A program made the translations under genes and the position numbers. Of a stretch of 64,000 bases of DNA, positions 18,550-28,992 are shown piece by piece (the first letter of the stretch is position 1; each line of letters starts with the position of its first letter). The stretch is taken from contig JAJZNK010000025.1 of NCBI GenBank assembly GCA_021811735.1, forward strand, positions 69,400 through 133,399, given 5' to 3'. The notes below the pieces were generated by a model that was not told where the DNA came from, made no database searches, and saw nothing but the letters and a program-made list of their open reading frames with translations. The DNA is from Nanobdellota archaeon. GTDB taxonomy: Archaea > Nanobdellota > Nanobdellia > Parvarchaeales > Parvarchaeaceae.

Positions 18550-19053
18550 ATGACCAGGAATCTGGATAGTATAGTAGACGATAAAAATTCCAGCGGCTTT
18601 AGAAAGCTATTTAATGGAATTAAAAGTCTGTACGGCGAGTACGTGCCAGAGATAAGAGCTTATCTGGCTTCTATGGCAGGATTGTCCATAGGCGTAGCGA
18701 ACTGGAGTAAGGATTTTGGATATGACCACTCTGTAGGTCTCCCCTTTCTATATACCAATCTGGCAATCAATGGACCTATGTGGTATAATCTAGCCATGCT
18801 TCAGGAAGGTCTTACGGTGGCCACAGTGGCCGGATTGTCTAAAAACAAGCTAAAGGCAGCAGCCTATGCGTTTGCGTACGAAGCCGGAAGCGTTTTAAAT
18901 GCAATCCTGTATTATTCTGCGTTCTCCAATGAAACAGTCAACAATTACTACGGTAGAGCATGGAATACAGTTTTCTTTTTTTACCAAATCCCCATGTTTT
19001 TCATGCTGCTGAAACAGTATTTCGGTGCAAAGAAAAATAAGGATGGGGATTAA
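18550..19053 (+). CDS. Hypothetical membrane protein
   Basis: 167-aa ORF with hydrophobic segments. Confidence 0.6.
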   Translation: MTRNLDSIVDDKNSSGFRKLFNGIKSLYGEYVPEIRAYLASMAGLSIGVANWSKDFGYDHSVGLPFLYTNLAINGPMWYNLAMLQEGLTVATVAGLSKNKLKAAAYAFAYEAGSVLNAILYYSAFSNETVNNYYGRAWNTVFFFYQIPMFFMLLKQYFGAKKNKDGD

Positions 19054-19661
19054 CCCAAAGATTTCCGATTTTTCCAAAAACTATCAAAGTCACAGAAGTG
19101 CATTTCACCACCAGCTATACAAGGGGCGGTTTTCTTCAATCCTAACCTTTGTAGAACGTTAAGGCCTGCAGAGGTGTAGGCATTTGCACCTATTTCCGAA
19201 AAGTAAACACCTTTTTGTTCTAATTCTTCAATCCTGGTAAAGAATGCATTAAGTAGAGGGTGTAGAAAACCCTTATGTTGCATTTCATCAATTATCCCTA
19301 TCATTATTATATAGAGAAAATACCTGCCAGGTTTGTTAATGTCGTCTAGGGTCTCGATGTTTATCAGCCCCTCAGGAAACGCACCGGTCTTGGCGATCTC
19401 AAAATATTTTTTCTTCATCGCTACGAATCTCAAGTATCCTATTATCTTATTTTCATTGTTTATCATCAAGACAAGACTATCAGGATATTTTTTTGTTATT
19501 TCTATCCAGTCTTCTGGGCTTCCTTCACTATCATAATTAAGATTTGGTATCAATTTGTAATCAAGCTGTACAAGTTTGGTTACTAATGAAGAAATCGTAA
19601 AGCCAATGCCGTGTATCTCTTTCAAAGGTATGCTTCTTACATTTTTCATGCTGCTATCCAT
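19050..19661 (-). CDS. GNAT-fold acetyltransferase-like protein
   Basis: KIIGY strand, LYIIMIGI..QHKG motif A, G..LQRLGL motif B. Confidence 0.6.
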   Translation of the reverse strand: MDSSMKNVRSIPLKEIHGIGFTISSLVTKLVQLDYKLIPNLNYDSEGSPEDWIEITKKYPDSLVLMINNENKIIGYLRFVAMKKKYFEIAKTGAFPEGLINIETLDDINKPGRYFLYIIMIGIIDEMQHKGFLHPLLNAFFTRIEELEQKGVYFSEIGANAYTSAGLNVLQRLGLKKTAPCIAGGEMHFCDFDSFWKNRKSLG

Positions 19662-19832
19662 TATGCAGGGTCCTCCGATTAAATCACTGCAATTGTATTA
19701 AATAGCGTTTCTGAATAAATATTAAGATATCTTGTATTTTTGATTAGTCTGATTTGTTAATTAGTCTGTAAAAAGTTTATATAATAGATATCATCATCAA
19801 TTTTGATTAAAGAGGAGAGTTATTTTAATTGT

Positions 19833-21206
19833 ATGGAAAAAATACCGTACTGGGAAATTTGTAATAGTCTAATCGGTAAGAAAGGAGCCCCTCTGCCAGT
19901 ATATCTTGTAGAATATCAGATTACACCGGATAAAGTAACTAAGAATCCGCTGCTTAACGTTGGAAAGGATTACATCGGTTATTTTTACGTAAACGCTATG
20001 CAGGTAATAGGTAAGAAAAATGGCGTGGCGAACGGGCCGATACTTGCAAAACCTTATGGTGGTAGGGCAATCTCGCTGGCGGGGGAAGACAACATTACTC
20101 TTGGGAACAACGAATATACTCTAAACGTCAAAGGCGCCGGAACATTGGCATTCATGGAAGGTTTTAAGTATGAGGACAATGGATACAACAAAATGAGATT
20201 ATACAACGATGATGAGGACATCGATGGTCACGACCACATTGTATGGACAAGAGAAACAGGAATGCCCGGGTTTTCTTATATTACCGATAGTGGGAAGTTC
20301 AAGTTGACATCATTGATAACCGATTTGGATTTCGATAGTGGTAGCAGGGGAGCACATAGACCAATAGGCGGACAAGACCCCTATATAGCCAGTGAGGCTC
20401 TGAAAAGCTCCATATCAATGAAAAAAGACAAAGTAAAGATAAATTTTTGCCCTGTGTTATCAACAGTCGAAATGGATCTGCAAGATTACACAAAAACGAT
20501 GTGTAACGATGAAAAAGACAAATGCCAAACGATAAAAAAGCCCAGATATGCACAGGAGATACGGTTGGTGCCTTCCAATGTTAGGATAGATTCCCCAGAT
20601 TATCCAGTTGGGATACTTTCCATTAATAAACATTCAGATGCCATAAGGCAGGATCTCGCAGATAAATCAGTAGATATCAACGAGTTCGTTAAAAATGTAG
20701 TGGATACTTCAAAGCAAATATATTTTTTACCATATTTTTCGAGAGAGGAAAGTTCGTTCAATAGGTATAACTCTTATACCTTCTCCCATTCTGATGTACC
20801 TTCGGATACTTCTCTTGATAGCAAAGGGAACGCCTTCTACACTGATTTAGAGAGTATAGACAGAACAGACATATCGAAGCTTGAACTTCTTCTCAAGACA
20901 GCAGGAGTAGTATACGACACCGCTGATGAAGGGATACCCGCATTCATCTATACGCTTCTTATAGCAAATCGTTTGTGTTACAGTGAAAAGGCAGGAAACG
21001 TTAGGGAGACGTTAAAGAGGGCAAAAGAAGACTATGGAAATAGTTTTGACGGGTTCCTTTCACCAGAAAGTTATATAAAAATAAATCCTGACGATAAAAC
21101 AATCATTTCACACGTAGAAATCGACGGTGAAGGCATAACAGTAAAAACCAGGTTCAACGGGAAAAAGTTGCAATATCATTCTATGATAATAAACGACAGT
21201 TTCTGA
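19833..21206 (+). CDS. Divergent SelO/YdiU-like kinase-fold protein
   Basis: GGRAISLAGE, LNVKGAGT, RLVPSNVRI and TDLES in SelO motif order. Confidence 0.6.
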   Translation: MEKIPYWEICNSLIGKKGAPLPVYLVEYQITPDKVTKNPLLNVGKDYIGYFYVNAMQVIGKKNGVANGPILAKPYGGRAISLAGEDNITLGNNEYTLNVKGAGTLAFMEGFKYEDNGYNKMRLYNDDEDIDGHDHIVWTRETGMPGFSYITDSGKFKLTSLITDLDFDSGSRGAHRPIGGQDPYIASEALKSSISMKKDKVKINFCPVLSTVEMDLQDYTKTMCNDEKDKCQTIKKPRYAQEIRLVPSNVRIDSPDYPVGILSINKHSDAIRQDLADKSVDINEFVKNVVDTSKQIYFLPYFSREESSFNRYNSYTFSHSDVPSDTSLDSKGNAFYTDLESIDRTDISKLELLLKTAGVVYDTADEGIPAFIYTLLIANRLCYSEKAGNVRETLKRAKEDYGNSFDGFLSPESYIKINPDDKTIISHVEIDGEGITVKTRFNGKKLQYHSMIINDSF

Positions 21207-21238
21207 TAAAGATTCAATAAAAAGTGATTAAAGATTTA

Positions 21239-21330
21239 TGGGCCCACTGGGATTTGAACCCAGATCAGATGGTTACTTCCATCTGAGGCATTCGAAGCCA
21301 TCGATTCTATCCAAGTTAGACTATGGGCCC
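21239..21330 (-). tRNA. tRNA-Arg(TCG) with 18-nt intron (21274-21291)
   Basis: GGGCCCA/TGGGCCC acceptor, GATGG/CCATC anticodon stem, CTTC/GAAG central helix and TAA bulge. Confidence 0.92.
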
Positions 21331-21456
21331 ATAGAATTCCTATGCAGTAAACGTATTTAGCTTTAGCATCTATTCTCGAATCAAATACGTTTTTATGTTA
21401 TATAACGGCAAATACGGACTTTAAGCTTTTTATACTAGTTAAAATCTAAGACTTTA

Positions 21457-21969
21457 ATGGAAACCGATGAAAAATCGGATGTGAGATGGGAAGCATATTA
21501 TCTATTGAAGCTAGTCATTGGTGACAAACTAGAAGGATTGTCGTCCATAAATGCAATAACAAATAAAATTTATTCCAATATATTTGAAGAGCGGAAGAAA
21601 TATGGGAAAAAATATGGTTTACAGAGTTCCCTGGAAGGTATAGCATTCGAACTGCAAGATTATATCGAAAAATGTGATGAGGCATCATTTGATAGCGGGA
21701 AAAATTTCAGAAAATATTCAGTGCGGCCCTATCTATCTGAGGAGGTTTTTGATATGTTAGAGACCTTCATAGACTATTCTTTTGATGTATATGGTATAGA
21801 CAACGTTTCTGTAAAGGTCTTACCATCTAGGAATGCGGAACAGAGGAAAGCGGTCAAAGTAAAGCAAGGTCTTGACAGTATACTCGATGCAATGTGTTCT
21901 ACAGAATTCGTTTTTGATACGGAGGATTGCGTGTCATTCTCCGATAAAAACAAACTCATAAAGTTATAA
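21457..21969 (+). CDS. Hypothetical protein
   Basis: 170-aa ORF with an upstream TATA-like element. Confidence 0.6.
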   Translation: METDEKSDVRWEAYYLLKLVIGDKLEGLSSINAITNKIYSNIFEERKKYGKKYGLQSSLEGIAFELQDYIEKCDEASFDSGKNFRKYSVRPYLSEEVFDMLETFIDYSFDVYGIDNVSVKVLPSRNAEQRKAVKVKQGLDSILDAMCSTEFVFDTEDCVSFSDKNKLIKL

Positions 21970-22003
21970 AAAAATATAAATACTCTGTTATTATCTGATA
22001 GTT

Positions 22004-22279
22004 ATGGTTTCAAAGGACGATTCGAGAGATAGTGTAAATAAATTGTTCTTGCATGATAAGCCATTTCTTCTTTTGAAAGTCATAAACGATAGCCGCTCTC
22101 CAGTATACGCCGCTAGTATCTCTAAAAAGATAGATTGCAGTTATGCCTACATAGTCAGGCTGATAAAGATAATGAATAAGATGGATATAACTTACTTTGA
22201 AGGAAATAATCATAAAAAGATTATAAACCTCACTCCAAAGGGCAAAAAGATATTCAAGCTATTATCAGAAATAAACTAA
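22004..22279 (+). CDS. Winged-HTH (MarR-like) DNA-binding protein
   Basis: YAASISKKIDCSYAY helix-turn-helix; LTPKG wing. Confidence 0.8.
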   Translation: MVSKDDSRDSVNKLFLHDKPFLLLKVINDSRSPVYAASISKKIDCSYAYIVRLIKIMNKMDITYFEGNNHKKIINLTPKGKKIFKLLSEIN

Positions 22280-22747
22280 TCAATTCCCTTTTTCTACGGC
22301 TTTAGCATACTCTTCTATTTTACTCAAAGTTCTGTCTATTATGTATGGTTTTACGAAGCTCGTCATTATCTCATCTAGTTTCATATTCTCCCTAACTCTG
22401 TAAAAACTGTTTCGCCGTTCGACGATGCCAACCGAAATAAGTTTTCTCAGGTCCCTGAGTATGTTGGCGTAGACTATTCTCACCTTCTTTTTATAAAGCT
22501 CTTTTATAATCTCATAACTATCCATCCCATTAGGTCTTTTTTTTCTTGCTTTAAGAAGAATATCAAGTATGTAAACTATAGCTATCCTGCTTTCTCCAGG
22601 TCTTACAAGACCGAGTGAAATGCATAGTCTCCTTATATTCGTGTTATAATCATTCGTTGGTCTTTCAAACTCATTCAACGAAATACCACTCAAAGGCCTG
22701 TCTTTGTACAGCCTCTCTGTTATTTTTTTGGTTCCTTTACTGTCCAT
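22280..22747 (-). CDS. Winged-HTH hypothetical protein
   Basis: SLGL..PGESR; ANILRDLRKLISVGIVE recognition helix. Confidence 0.65.
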   Translation of the reverse strand: MDSKGTKKITERLYKDRPLSGISLNEFERPTNDYNTNIRRLCISLGLVRPGESRIAIVYILDILLKARKKRPNGMDSYEIIKELYKKKVRIVYANILRDLRKLISVGIVERRNSFYRVRENMKLDEIMTSFVKPYIIDRTLSKIEEYAKAVEKGN

Positions 22748-22750
22748 GGA

Positions 22751-24046
22751 TTATTTTTTATCTTCCGAGTCTTTAGAATACAGTTTATTCTGCATTTCAA
22801 TTATCTCATCTTTTGTAGCGAAAAATGACAGGCTATTACTGATTTTATTTACAGTTCCATCAAGTTCTGTTATACGCTTGTTTAGTTCATTCATTTTTCC
22901 GCTGAAGTCTATAAATCTGTTCATACTTGAACTTACTTGATTAAACATAACCTCCATCTTCGATGTCTGAGCATTTATCCTATTCTCACTTTCTTCCATG
23001 TTCTTATAGACATTTTCTACATTTTCAAATAGTTTTGCCGCGTTTTTGACTACCGCTAGAGAATTCACTCTATTTGATAGTTCGGTAAGAGATTTTGAAA
23101 AATTGCTGCTTGTGTCAACCAGTTTCTCCACCTCTCCAGCTACGACCTCTGTTTTGTCTTGGGTTTTTCTTAGCTCTATAGCAAATTCCGTTGGATTATA
23201 AGTGGTTATAGAAGAAAGAGTTGATCTTGCGCTATTCATAAAATCGTTTATATGGTTCTGGGTATCAGTTACTCCTTTTTGTATATTTTCAAATTCATTA
23301 CTTACAGTTTCTATCTTTAGATTTATACCATTTATTTCAACAGTAAGGGAATTTGCAGTGTTTATTATCTTATCAAATTTGCCCTCTGCATCGACTCTAT
23401 ATTTCTTTAGATCGTTTATATCATCAGAAAAAGAGCTAATAGCAGGTAAAGAAGAGGATATAGTCTCATTCAGTTTGTCTATTTTCTGCTGCATTTCATT
23501 ATCCACACCAGATAGATTCGAAGCCATTTCCTTTACATTTTGTATTGTTACTTCATATTGGTGATTTAGTTCGCTAATGCCATCTCCTAGTCTTTTTAAG
23601 TTATCACTATAATCTTTGTCCTTAATGTTTATTGCCCTTGCAACGCCGTTGAAGTTCTCCACAGATTTATTTATGCTATTGGATGTTTCTTCAATGTTAG
23701 ACTTTAGAACGTCTACTGCCTTATTCAACTGGTCTATCTTTGAGGCCGAGTCATTGTATGCATTATTCATCTTTCCTATCGAAGAATTAAATGCTTCTAT
23801 CGCGTTGTTCAATGCGTTTGAAAGCGAATTTACATCAGAACTTATTCTTGATACGTTGGCTTTTAAATCTTCTACTTGCTCATTATTATTTATTTTCCTG
23901 TCAAGCATTATATTTTGCTGGTTCAGTGTGCTTATCTTACTATACAGATCAGATATAAGGGCGCTTATAGAATTACTAGATTTATCAACATCCTTTATGT
24001 AAGATTCGTAATTCATAGGCGAATTTTGACCGGGATTTACTTCCAT
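22751..24046 (-). CDS. Long coiled-coil protein
   Basis: 431 aa, heptad-like and N/S/K/E-rich, almost no Pro or Gly. Confidence 0.75.
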   Translation of the reverse strand: MEVNPGQNSPMNYESYIKDVDKSSNSISALISDLYSKISTLNQQNIMLDRKINNNEQVEDLKANVSRISSDVNSLSNALNNAIEAFNSSIGKMNNAYNDSASKIDQLNKAVDVLKSNIEETSNSINKSVENFNGVARAINIKDKDYSDNLKRLGDGISELNHQYEVTIQNVKEMASNLSGVDNEMQQKIDKLNETISSSLPAISSFSDDINDLKKYRVDAEGKFDKIINTANSLTVEINGINLKIETVSNEFENIQKGVTDTQNHINDFMNSARSTLSSITTYNPTEFAIELRKTQDKTEVVAGEVEKLVDTSSNFSKSLTELSNRVNSLAVVKNAAKLFENVENVYKNMEESENRINAQTSKMEVMFNQVSSSMNRFIDFSGKMNELNKRITELDGTVNKISNSLSFFATKDEIIEMQNKLYSKDSEDKK

Positions 24047-24169
24047 AAGGTTTACTGCTCTTTTTTATATTTAAATCTTTAAATGACTTATGATTACTTT
24101 ATGAACGTGAAATAGGCAGACCGCACAGTTTATAGGCGATATCTTTAATGAGCTTATACTTACTAACAT

Positions 24170-25081
24170 CTATACTGCATGAGTATTTTGCAACTCAATT
24201 TTGAGTTTACAAGCTTCACAAGTCTCCATAACTGATGGAAAGCCACAATGTTTGCACTTATTTATTTTCTGTGCTGTAATAGTCTTCCTGCTTTCCTTTA
24301 TTTTTAGCATAGTATCTATAACACTTCTCTTTGATCCAGAATACTCTGTTTCAAACCGTTTTACGTTTCTTGATATCATACCACGAAAGCCATAACCAGC
24401 GTAAGGACACGGAGTATGTATTGCGTCTATGCCATTTAGAATAGAAAACAGCATAGTTTCTTTCTCGCTCAGAAATATAAAAGGTTTTATCCTCGGGACA
24501 AAATCTTCGTCCCTTACAACGCCAGAATACGCGCCTAATCTAATCATTTTCTGTACGTCATTTTGCACGAGATTCATTATTACATTCTCAGCCTCATCAT
24601 CCATATTATGCGCTGTTGCCACTTTGTCTGCTTTGGCTTCCTTAGCAGCGTAGTTTATCAAGTATCTTCGAAGGACCCCACATGTTGAACATGGTATGCC
24701 TTTTTTAATGGTTGCTATCGAATCCATAGTCTTCCCAGTTAATTCTTTGTAAGTGTATATCTGGTAGTCTACGCCGAACTGATTGCAGTATCTTTTCATT
24801 ATTTCTATAGTTTTATCTCTATATCCAGTTATTCCTTCGTCTATAGTTATAGAGATTATATCATTGGAGCTTTTGAAATATTTAGACAGTATATACAGGA
24901 GGGAGAGTGAATCTTTTCCACCCGAGTTAGCCACTGCAATCTTTTCCCCATTTTTTATAAGTTCATATCTTTTGATGGTTTCCAGCGTTAGTTTCTCAAA
25001 ATTATCCTTGAAATGGTCTGCACAGAAGGTACCGTTATTAGTTGATATTACAGCTACGTTGTCACACGTTTCGCATTCCAT
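24170..25081 (-). CDS. tRNA 2-thiolation protein (TtuA/NcsA/Ctu1 family)
   Basis: SGGKDS, CxxCGVLRR, AHNMDD, CPY, terminal Zn fingers. Confidence 0.92.
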   Translation of the reverse strand: MECETCDNVAVISTNNGTFCADHFKDNFEKLTLETIKRYELIKNGEKIAVANSGGKDSLSLLYILSKYFKSSNDIISITIDEGITGYRDKTIEIMKRYCNQFGVDYQIYTYKELTGKTMDSIATIKKGIPCSTCGVLRRYLINYAAKEAKADKVATAHNMDDEAENVIMNLVQNDVQKMIRLGAYSGVVRDEDFVPRIKPFIFLSEKETMLFSILNGIDAIHTPCPYAGYGFRGMISRNVKRFETEYSGSKRSVIDTMLKIKESRKTITAQKINKCKHCGFPSVMETCEACKLKIELQNTHAV

Positions 25082-25284
25082 TATCCTCCAGAGAATACTT
25101 CTATTACGCTTATTTCCTCGTTTTTGTCTAAGATCTCATCCTTTGTATATATCTTGCCATCCTTCCCTATCAATATAACAGAATCATCGTTTAATTCTAG
25201 TTTTTCTATTAATTCTTCCGCTTTTCCCAAATTCAAATGGACCATTTTATCCCCGAAATTTACGTTTTTTACTTTTATTTCCAT
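25081..25284 (-). CDS. Ubiquitin-like sulfur carrier (ThiS/MoaD/SAMP)
   Basis: 67 aa ending in VFSGG; coupled to the thiolase gene. Confidence 0.88.
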   Translation of the reverse strand: MEIKVKNVNFGDKMVHLNLGKAEELIEKLELNDDSVILIGKDGKIYTKDEILDKNEEISVIEVFSGG

Positions 25285-25285
25285 T

Positions 25286-27628
25286 TTACTCTATATTATG
25301 CATTTTTATGAGGTCCTCTCCAAAAAGTTTAAGCCCTTCAGGCACGTCCATGTTTATTTTTTCTCTCAAAGATATACCTTTTTCCTTTTTTATGGCCCAT
25401 ACTCTACTATCAAACTCCATGAGTTTCTCTCCCAAACTAAGCATCTCATCGTCCACACTTGAATTTTCAGGCATTTTTTGGTAATGCACTGGCTCATTTG
25501 AATATAATTCTTTCCATATGGTGTCGGATATAAACGGTGTGATAGGAGCAATCAAAAGTAATGTCCTCTTTAATACATAGTTAAGCGTATAGATTGCTGA
25601 TTCTTTTTCCTCCGCTGAGAACCCCTCACCATATGCCCTTGCCTTGACCAATTCGACATAATGTGGTGCGAAAACGTTCCATACGAATTCTCTTACTTTA
25701 TTAGCAGGGATAAACGGATTAAGTTTTGTATATCCCTCCTTACATTCTTTTATGAGTTTGTTAGTATAAGCTATTATCCACCTATCACTGTAATTCTTTA
25801 TTTCTATTTCTTTGCCGTCAAAAGGAAACTGGCTTATCAGTCTAGCAACATTCCATAACTTAGTCAAGAATTTCGAGCTTCCCTGCAGTCTACTTTCTGA
25901 AAACATAAAATTGCTGCCAGGCATCGCTTCCGACGCGGCCCAGAACCTGAATGCATCAGCCCCATATTTTTCGATGACATCCGTTGGGTCTATACCATTT
26001 CCCTTTGATTTTGACATCTTCTCACCATGTTCATCCAGTCCCATTCCGTCTATCCATGCCGTTTTCCAAGGTAGTTTATCAGTAAGCAGATAATTTCTGA
26101 GTATGCTATAATTGAGCCAGGTTCTTATTATGTCTATACCTTGTGGTCTTAATGTCATAGGATAAGTCTTACTGAAAAATTTCTTGTCATATAAGTATTT
26201 TGTTACATAAAGCGAGGACACACTCGAATCCATCCAAGTATCGAAAGTTCTTTCATCTCCGGTAAATTCTTTTCCGCCACATTTTCTGCACACTGCAGTC
26301 TCCGGAGGTTTTTCTTTCCAAGGCCTGTAATATTTTCCTTCTTCCGGGACAAAAGGTTCACCACAGTTATTACAATACCAAAGTGGTATTTCAGTTCCGT
26401 AATATCTCCTTCTAGAAATTGGCCAGTCATTTGAGACTTTCAGCCAGTTTATGAGTATTTGACGATGTTGTTCTGGGATTATCTCCAACTTTTCTGCCAA
26501 TTCAAGCAACTTGCTCCTTATGTCTATAACTTTTACGTAGTATTCATCTAAAGGTATTATCTCTATAGGAGTCTTGCTTCGGTCACAGATTGGTGTTCTG
26601 TGCTTTATTCTTTCTATCTTTTCTACACAACCGTCATCTTGAAGTAGTTTTATTATCTCTTCCCGTGCTCTGTTTATCTTTAGCCCGTTAAGGCGTTCGC
26701 CAGTATTCTCATTCATTTTACCATTGGTGTTTATGAGAATCGTCTCCTTCAAACCCAACTCCTTTATTATCATTATATCGTTGTAGTCTCCATAACTGCA
26801 TATCATGACTGTGCCACTGCCGAATTCCGCTTTTGCATAGCTATGTTGGATTATTTTTACTTTTTTGCCATAGATGGGAGTTATTGCGGTTTGGCCTGCA
26901 AAGTCCTTAAACCTTTCATCCTCTGGGTTTACTAGAATAGCAGAGCAAGACGCCAAAAGTTCTGGCCTAGTGCTGGCAACTAATATTTTCTTGTCAGAAC
27001 CTTCAATATTGAAATAGAAGTATACTAAGTTTGTATCCATTTCCTTGTATTCTATTTCTGCATCCGCTATTGTGGTTCCACAGTCTATACAGTAGTTACT
27101 TGGCCTAGTTCCTCTAATTATCATCCCTTTATTCCACATTTCTATAAAAGTGCTTTGGGTGAGTGCTCTATAATTTTCGGAATCTGTTCTGTACATACTC
27201 TTAAAATCTCCTGAGTATCCAAACGATCTGAGTATCTCTAGCATTTCATTTTCAAGTTCATCAAGGGACTCCTTACACATTTTAAGGAAGTCCTCCCTTG
27301 GCGTGTCCCTCATCCTTATATTATGTTTTTTTTCAGTGTATCTTTCCACAGGTATTCCATTCCTATCCATTCCGACGGGAAATAGGACTGCCTTTCCTAG
27401 CATTCTTTGGGATCTGCCAATCATATCTATCTTAGAGTATTGTGCAGCTGCCCCTAGGTGCCATGGTCTACCGGAAGTATAAGGGGGTGGTGTATCAATC
27501 GAAAAAATCTCTTTGTCGGAAGATACAGAGAAATCCCATGTAAGGTCGTTTATGCTCACTATAACTTCTTTCTCAAGGTCTCTACTCCAGTTCTTTGCAT
27601 CACCTTTCAGCTTCTCGTGTTCGACCAT
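25286..27628 (-). CDS. valS: Valyl-tRNA synthetase
   Basis: IDTPPPY, HLGA, DWPISR, DTWMDSS, KMSKS. Confidence 0.93.
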   Translation of the reverse strand: MVEHEKLKGDAKNWSRDLEKEVIVSINDLTWDFSVSSDKEIFSIDTPPPYTSGRPWHLGAAAQYSKIDMIGRSQRMLGKAVLFPVGMDRNGIPVERYTEKKHNIRMRDTPREDFLKMCKESLDELENEMLEILRSFGYSGDFKSMYRTDSENYRALTQSTFIEMWNKGMIIRGTRPSNYCIDCGTTIADAEIEYKEMDTNLVYFYFNIEGSDKKILVASTRPELLASCSAILVNPEDERFKDFAGQTAITPIYGKKVKIIQHSYAKAEFGSGTVMICSYGDYNDIMIIKELGLKETILINTNGKMNENTGERLNGLKINRAREEIIKLLQDDGCVEKIERIKHRTPICDRSKTPIEIIPLDEYYVKVIDIRSKLLELAEKLEIIPEQHRQILINWLKVSNDWPISRRRYYGTEIPLWYCNNCGEPFVPEEGKYYRPWKEKPPETAVCRKCGGKEFTGDERTFDTWMDSSVSSLYVTKYLYDKKFFSKTYPMTLRPQGIDIIRTWLNYSILRNYLLTDKLPWKTAWIDGMGLDEHGEKMSKSKGNGIDPTDVIEKYGADAFRFWAASEAMPGSNFMFSESRLQGSSKFLTKLWNVARLISQFPFDGKEIEIKNYSDRWIIAYTNKLIKECKEGYTKLNPFIPANKVREFVWNVFAPHYVELVKARAYGEGFSAEEKESAIYTLNYVLKRTLLLIAPITPFISDTIWKELYSNEPVHYQKMPENSSVDDEMLSLGEKLMEFDSRVWAIKKEKGISLREKINMDVPEGLKLFGEDLIKMHNIE

Positions 27629-27660
27629 CCTAAATTAATATCCTTACAGCTTTTATCTTT

Positions 27661-28992
27661 TTATTCGAGCGTTATCTCCTGTCCATCAAGAAGGATGTGC
27701 GAATTTTTGTTAAGTTCATATCCAAATTCCCTGGCAAGCTCTATGTTTGCGCTTAGTTTTTCTATACCACCATGCGAAGGTATAAGGTGTTTTGGCATAA
27801 GCATCTTTATTAGTAGTTTATGGTCGTTCTTAGAGGCGTGTCCTGAAACGTGTACATTATCAGCAACATTTACGTTTAGGCTTTCCAGCGCGCTTTTCAA
27901 CATCCCTTTATTGGCTTCATTTATCGGTGTAGGTATCGTCCTAGAAGAGAATATGACTGCATCTTCGCCTGACAATCTATACTGGTACTGTCCAGTAATT
28001 AGTTTATCTAAGAAGGCACCTCTTTCACCCTGGTGTCCGGTGCATATTACGACGTACTTTCCTGGTCTATCATATACATGCTTTAGTAATCCGTTTATTT
28101 GTTCCCTTCTGAAAGCCACCTCTGGTAGGGCCCCCTTATTTATAACATTCGTATTTATGGCGGCTTTTATGTACATATCCATACTCCTTCCAAATATCAT
28201 TGTATTTCTGTTAAGTTTCCTACTTATCTCAACAATGTTCTTTATTCTTGCAATATGCGAAGAGAATGTGGATATAAAGATTGTCTTGTTATCCAGTGTC
28301 TTTTTTACTATATCTTCAAGCATTGTCTTTACTATACTTTCAGAAAATGTATATCCATCAACTTCTGCGTTCGTAGAGTCTGATATTAGTAAGAAAATCC
28401 CCTCTTTTCTTAGTTGTTCAAGTTTTTCATAGTCTGGTTTCCTTCCGAGAGTGGGAGTATTGTCGAATTTCCAGTCATTTGCATATATTATGGCACCATA
28501 TTTTGTGTGCAGTGCTATCATTGAGCTGTTAGGGATAGAATGTGTTACGTTTACCAGTTCAAGTTTTATGTTATCTGATATATTATACGGCGTTCCAGTG
28601 TTCAATGGTATTAGTCTAAGGGATTTTGCTCTGAAATTTTTCATAAGGTTTTCTATTACCTTTATGGAAAATGGTGTGGCTATAACAGGACACTTGTATT
28701 TTTGGCTTAGAAACGGCACTGCCCATACATGATCCAGGTGACCATGTGTTAGTACTATCGCCTTGACCTTTTTTCCTTCTTTCATGAAGAAATCTCTGTC
28801 ATCAGGTATTACATTGTTATCTATTAGGGCAGTAAGATCATTTACTGTTATATCATTTTTGTCCTCTTCAAAATTCACAAGTTTCTCTATGTCTGCACCC
28901 ATATCTGTGATTATTATTTCACCGTCGATATCGATGGCAGTCATACTTTTTCCTATTTTACTATATCCTCCAAATGCTTTTACTTTTATCAT
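27661..28992 (-). CDS. rnj: Ribonuclease J (beta-CASP)
   Basis: THGHLDH, HSIP, DSTNA, HVSGHA. Confidence 0.93.
   Translation of the reverse strand: MIKVKAFGGYSKIGKSMTAIDIDGEIIITDMGADIEKLVNFEEDKNDITVNDLTALIDNNVIPDDRDFFMKEGKKVKAIVLTHGHLDHVWAVPFLSQKYKCPVIATPFSIKVIENLMKNFRAKSLRLIPLNTGTPYNISDNIKLELVNVTHSIPNSSMIALHTKYGAIIYANDWKFDNTPTLGRKPDYEKLEQLRKEGIFLLISDSTNAEVDGYTFSESIVKTMLEDIVKKTLDNKTIFISTFSSHIARIKNIVEISRKLNRNTMIFGRSMDMYIKAAINTNVINKGALPEVAFRREQINGLLKHVYDRPGKYVVICTGHQGERGAFLDKLITGQYQYRLSGEDAVIFSSRTIPTPINEANKGMLKSALESLNVNVADNVHVSGHASKNDHKLLIKMLMPKHLIPSHGGIEKLSANIELAREFGYELNKNSHILLDGQEITLE

Noticed and set aside
18550-21969. Integrated element at tRNA-Arg
   Set aside because: Orphan genes cluster here, but I saw no integrase and no duplicated tRNA end (att site)
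24085-24165. Possible C/D sRNA or riboswitch in the intergenic gap
   Set aside because: Boxes are too degenerate and there is no convincing stem
27458-28432. 324-aa plus-strand ORF
   Set aside because: Antisense shadow of rnj/valS
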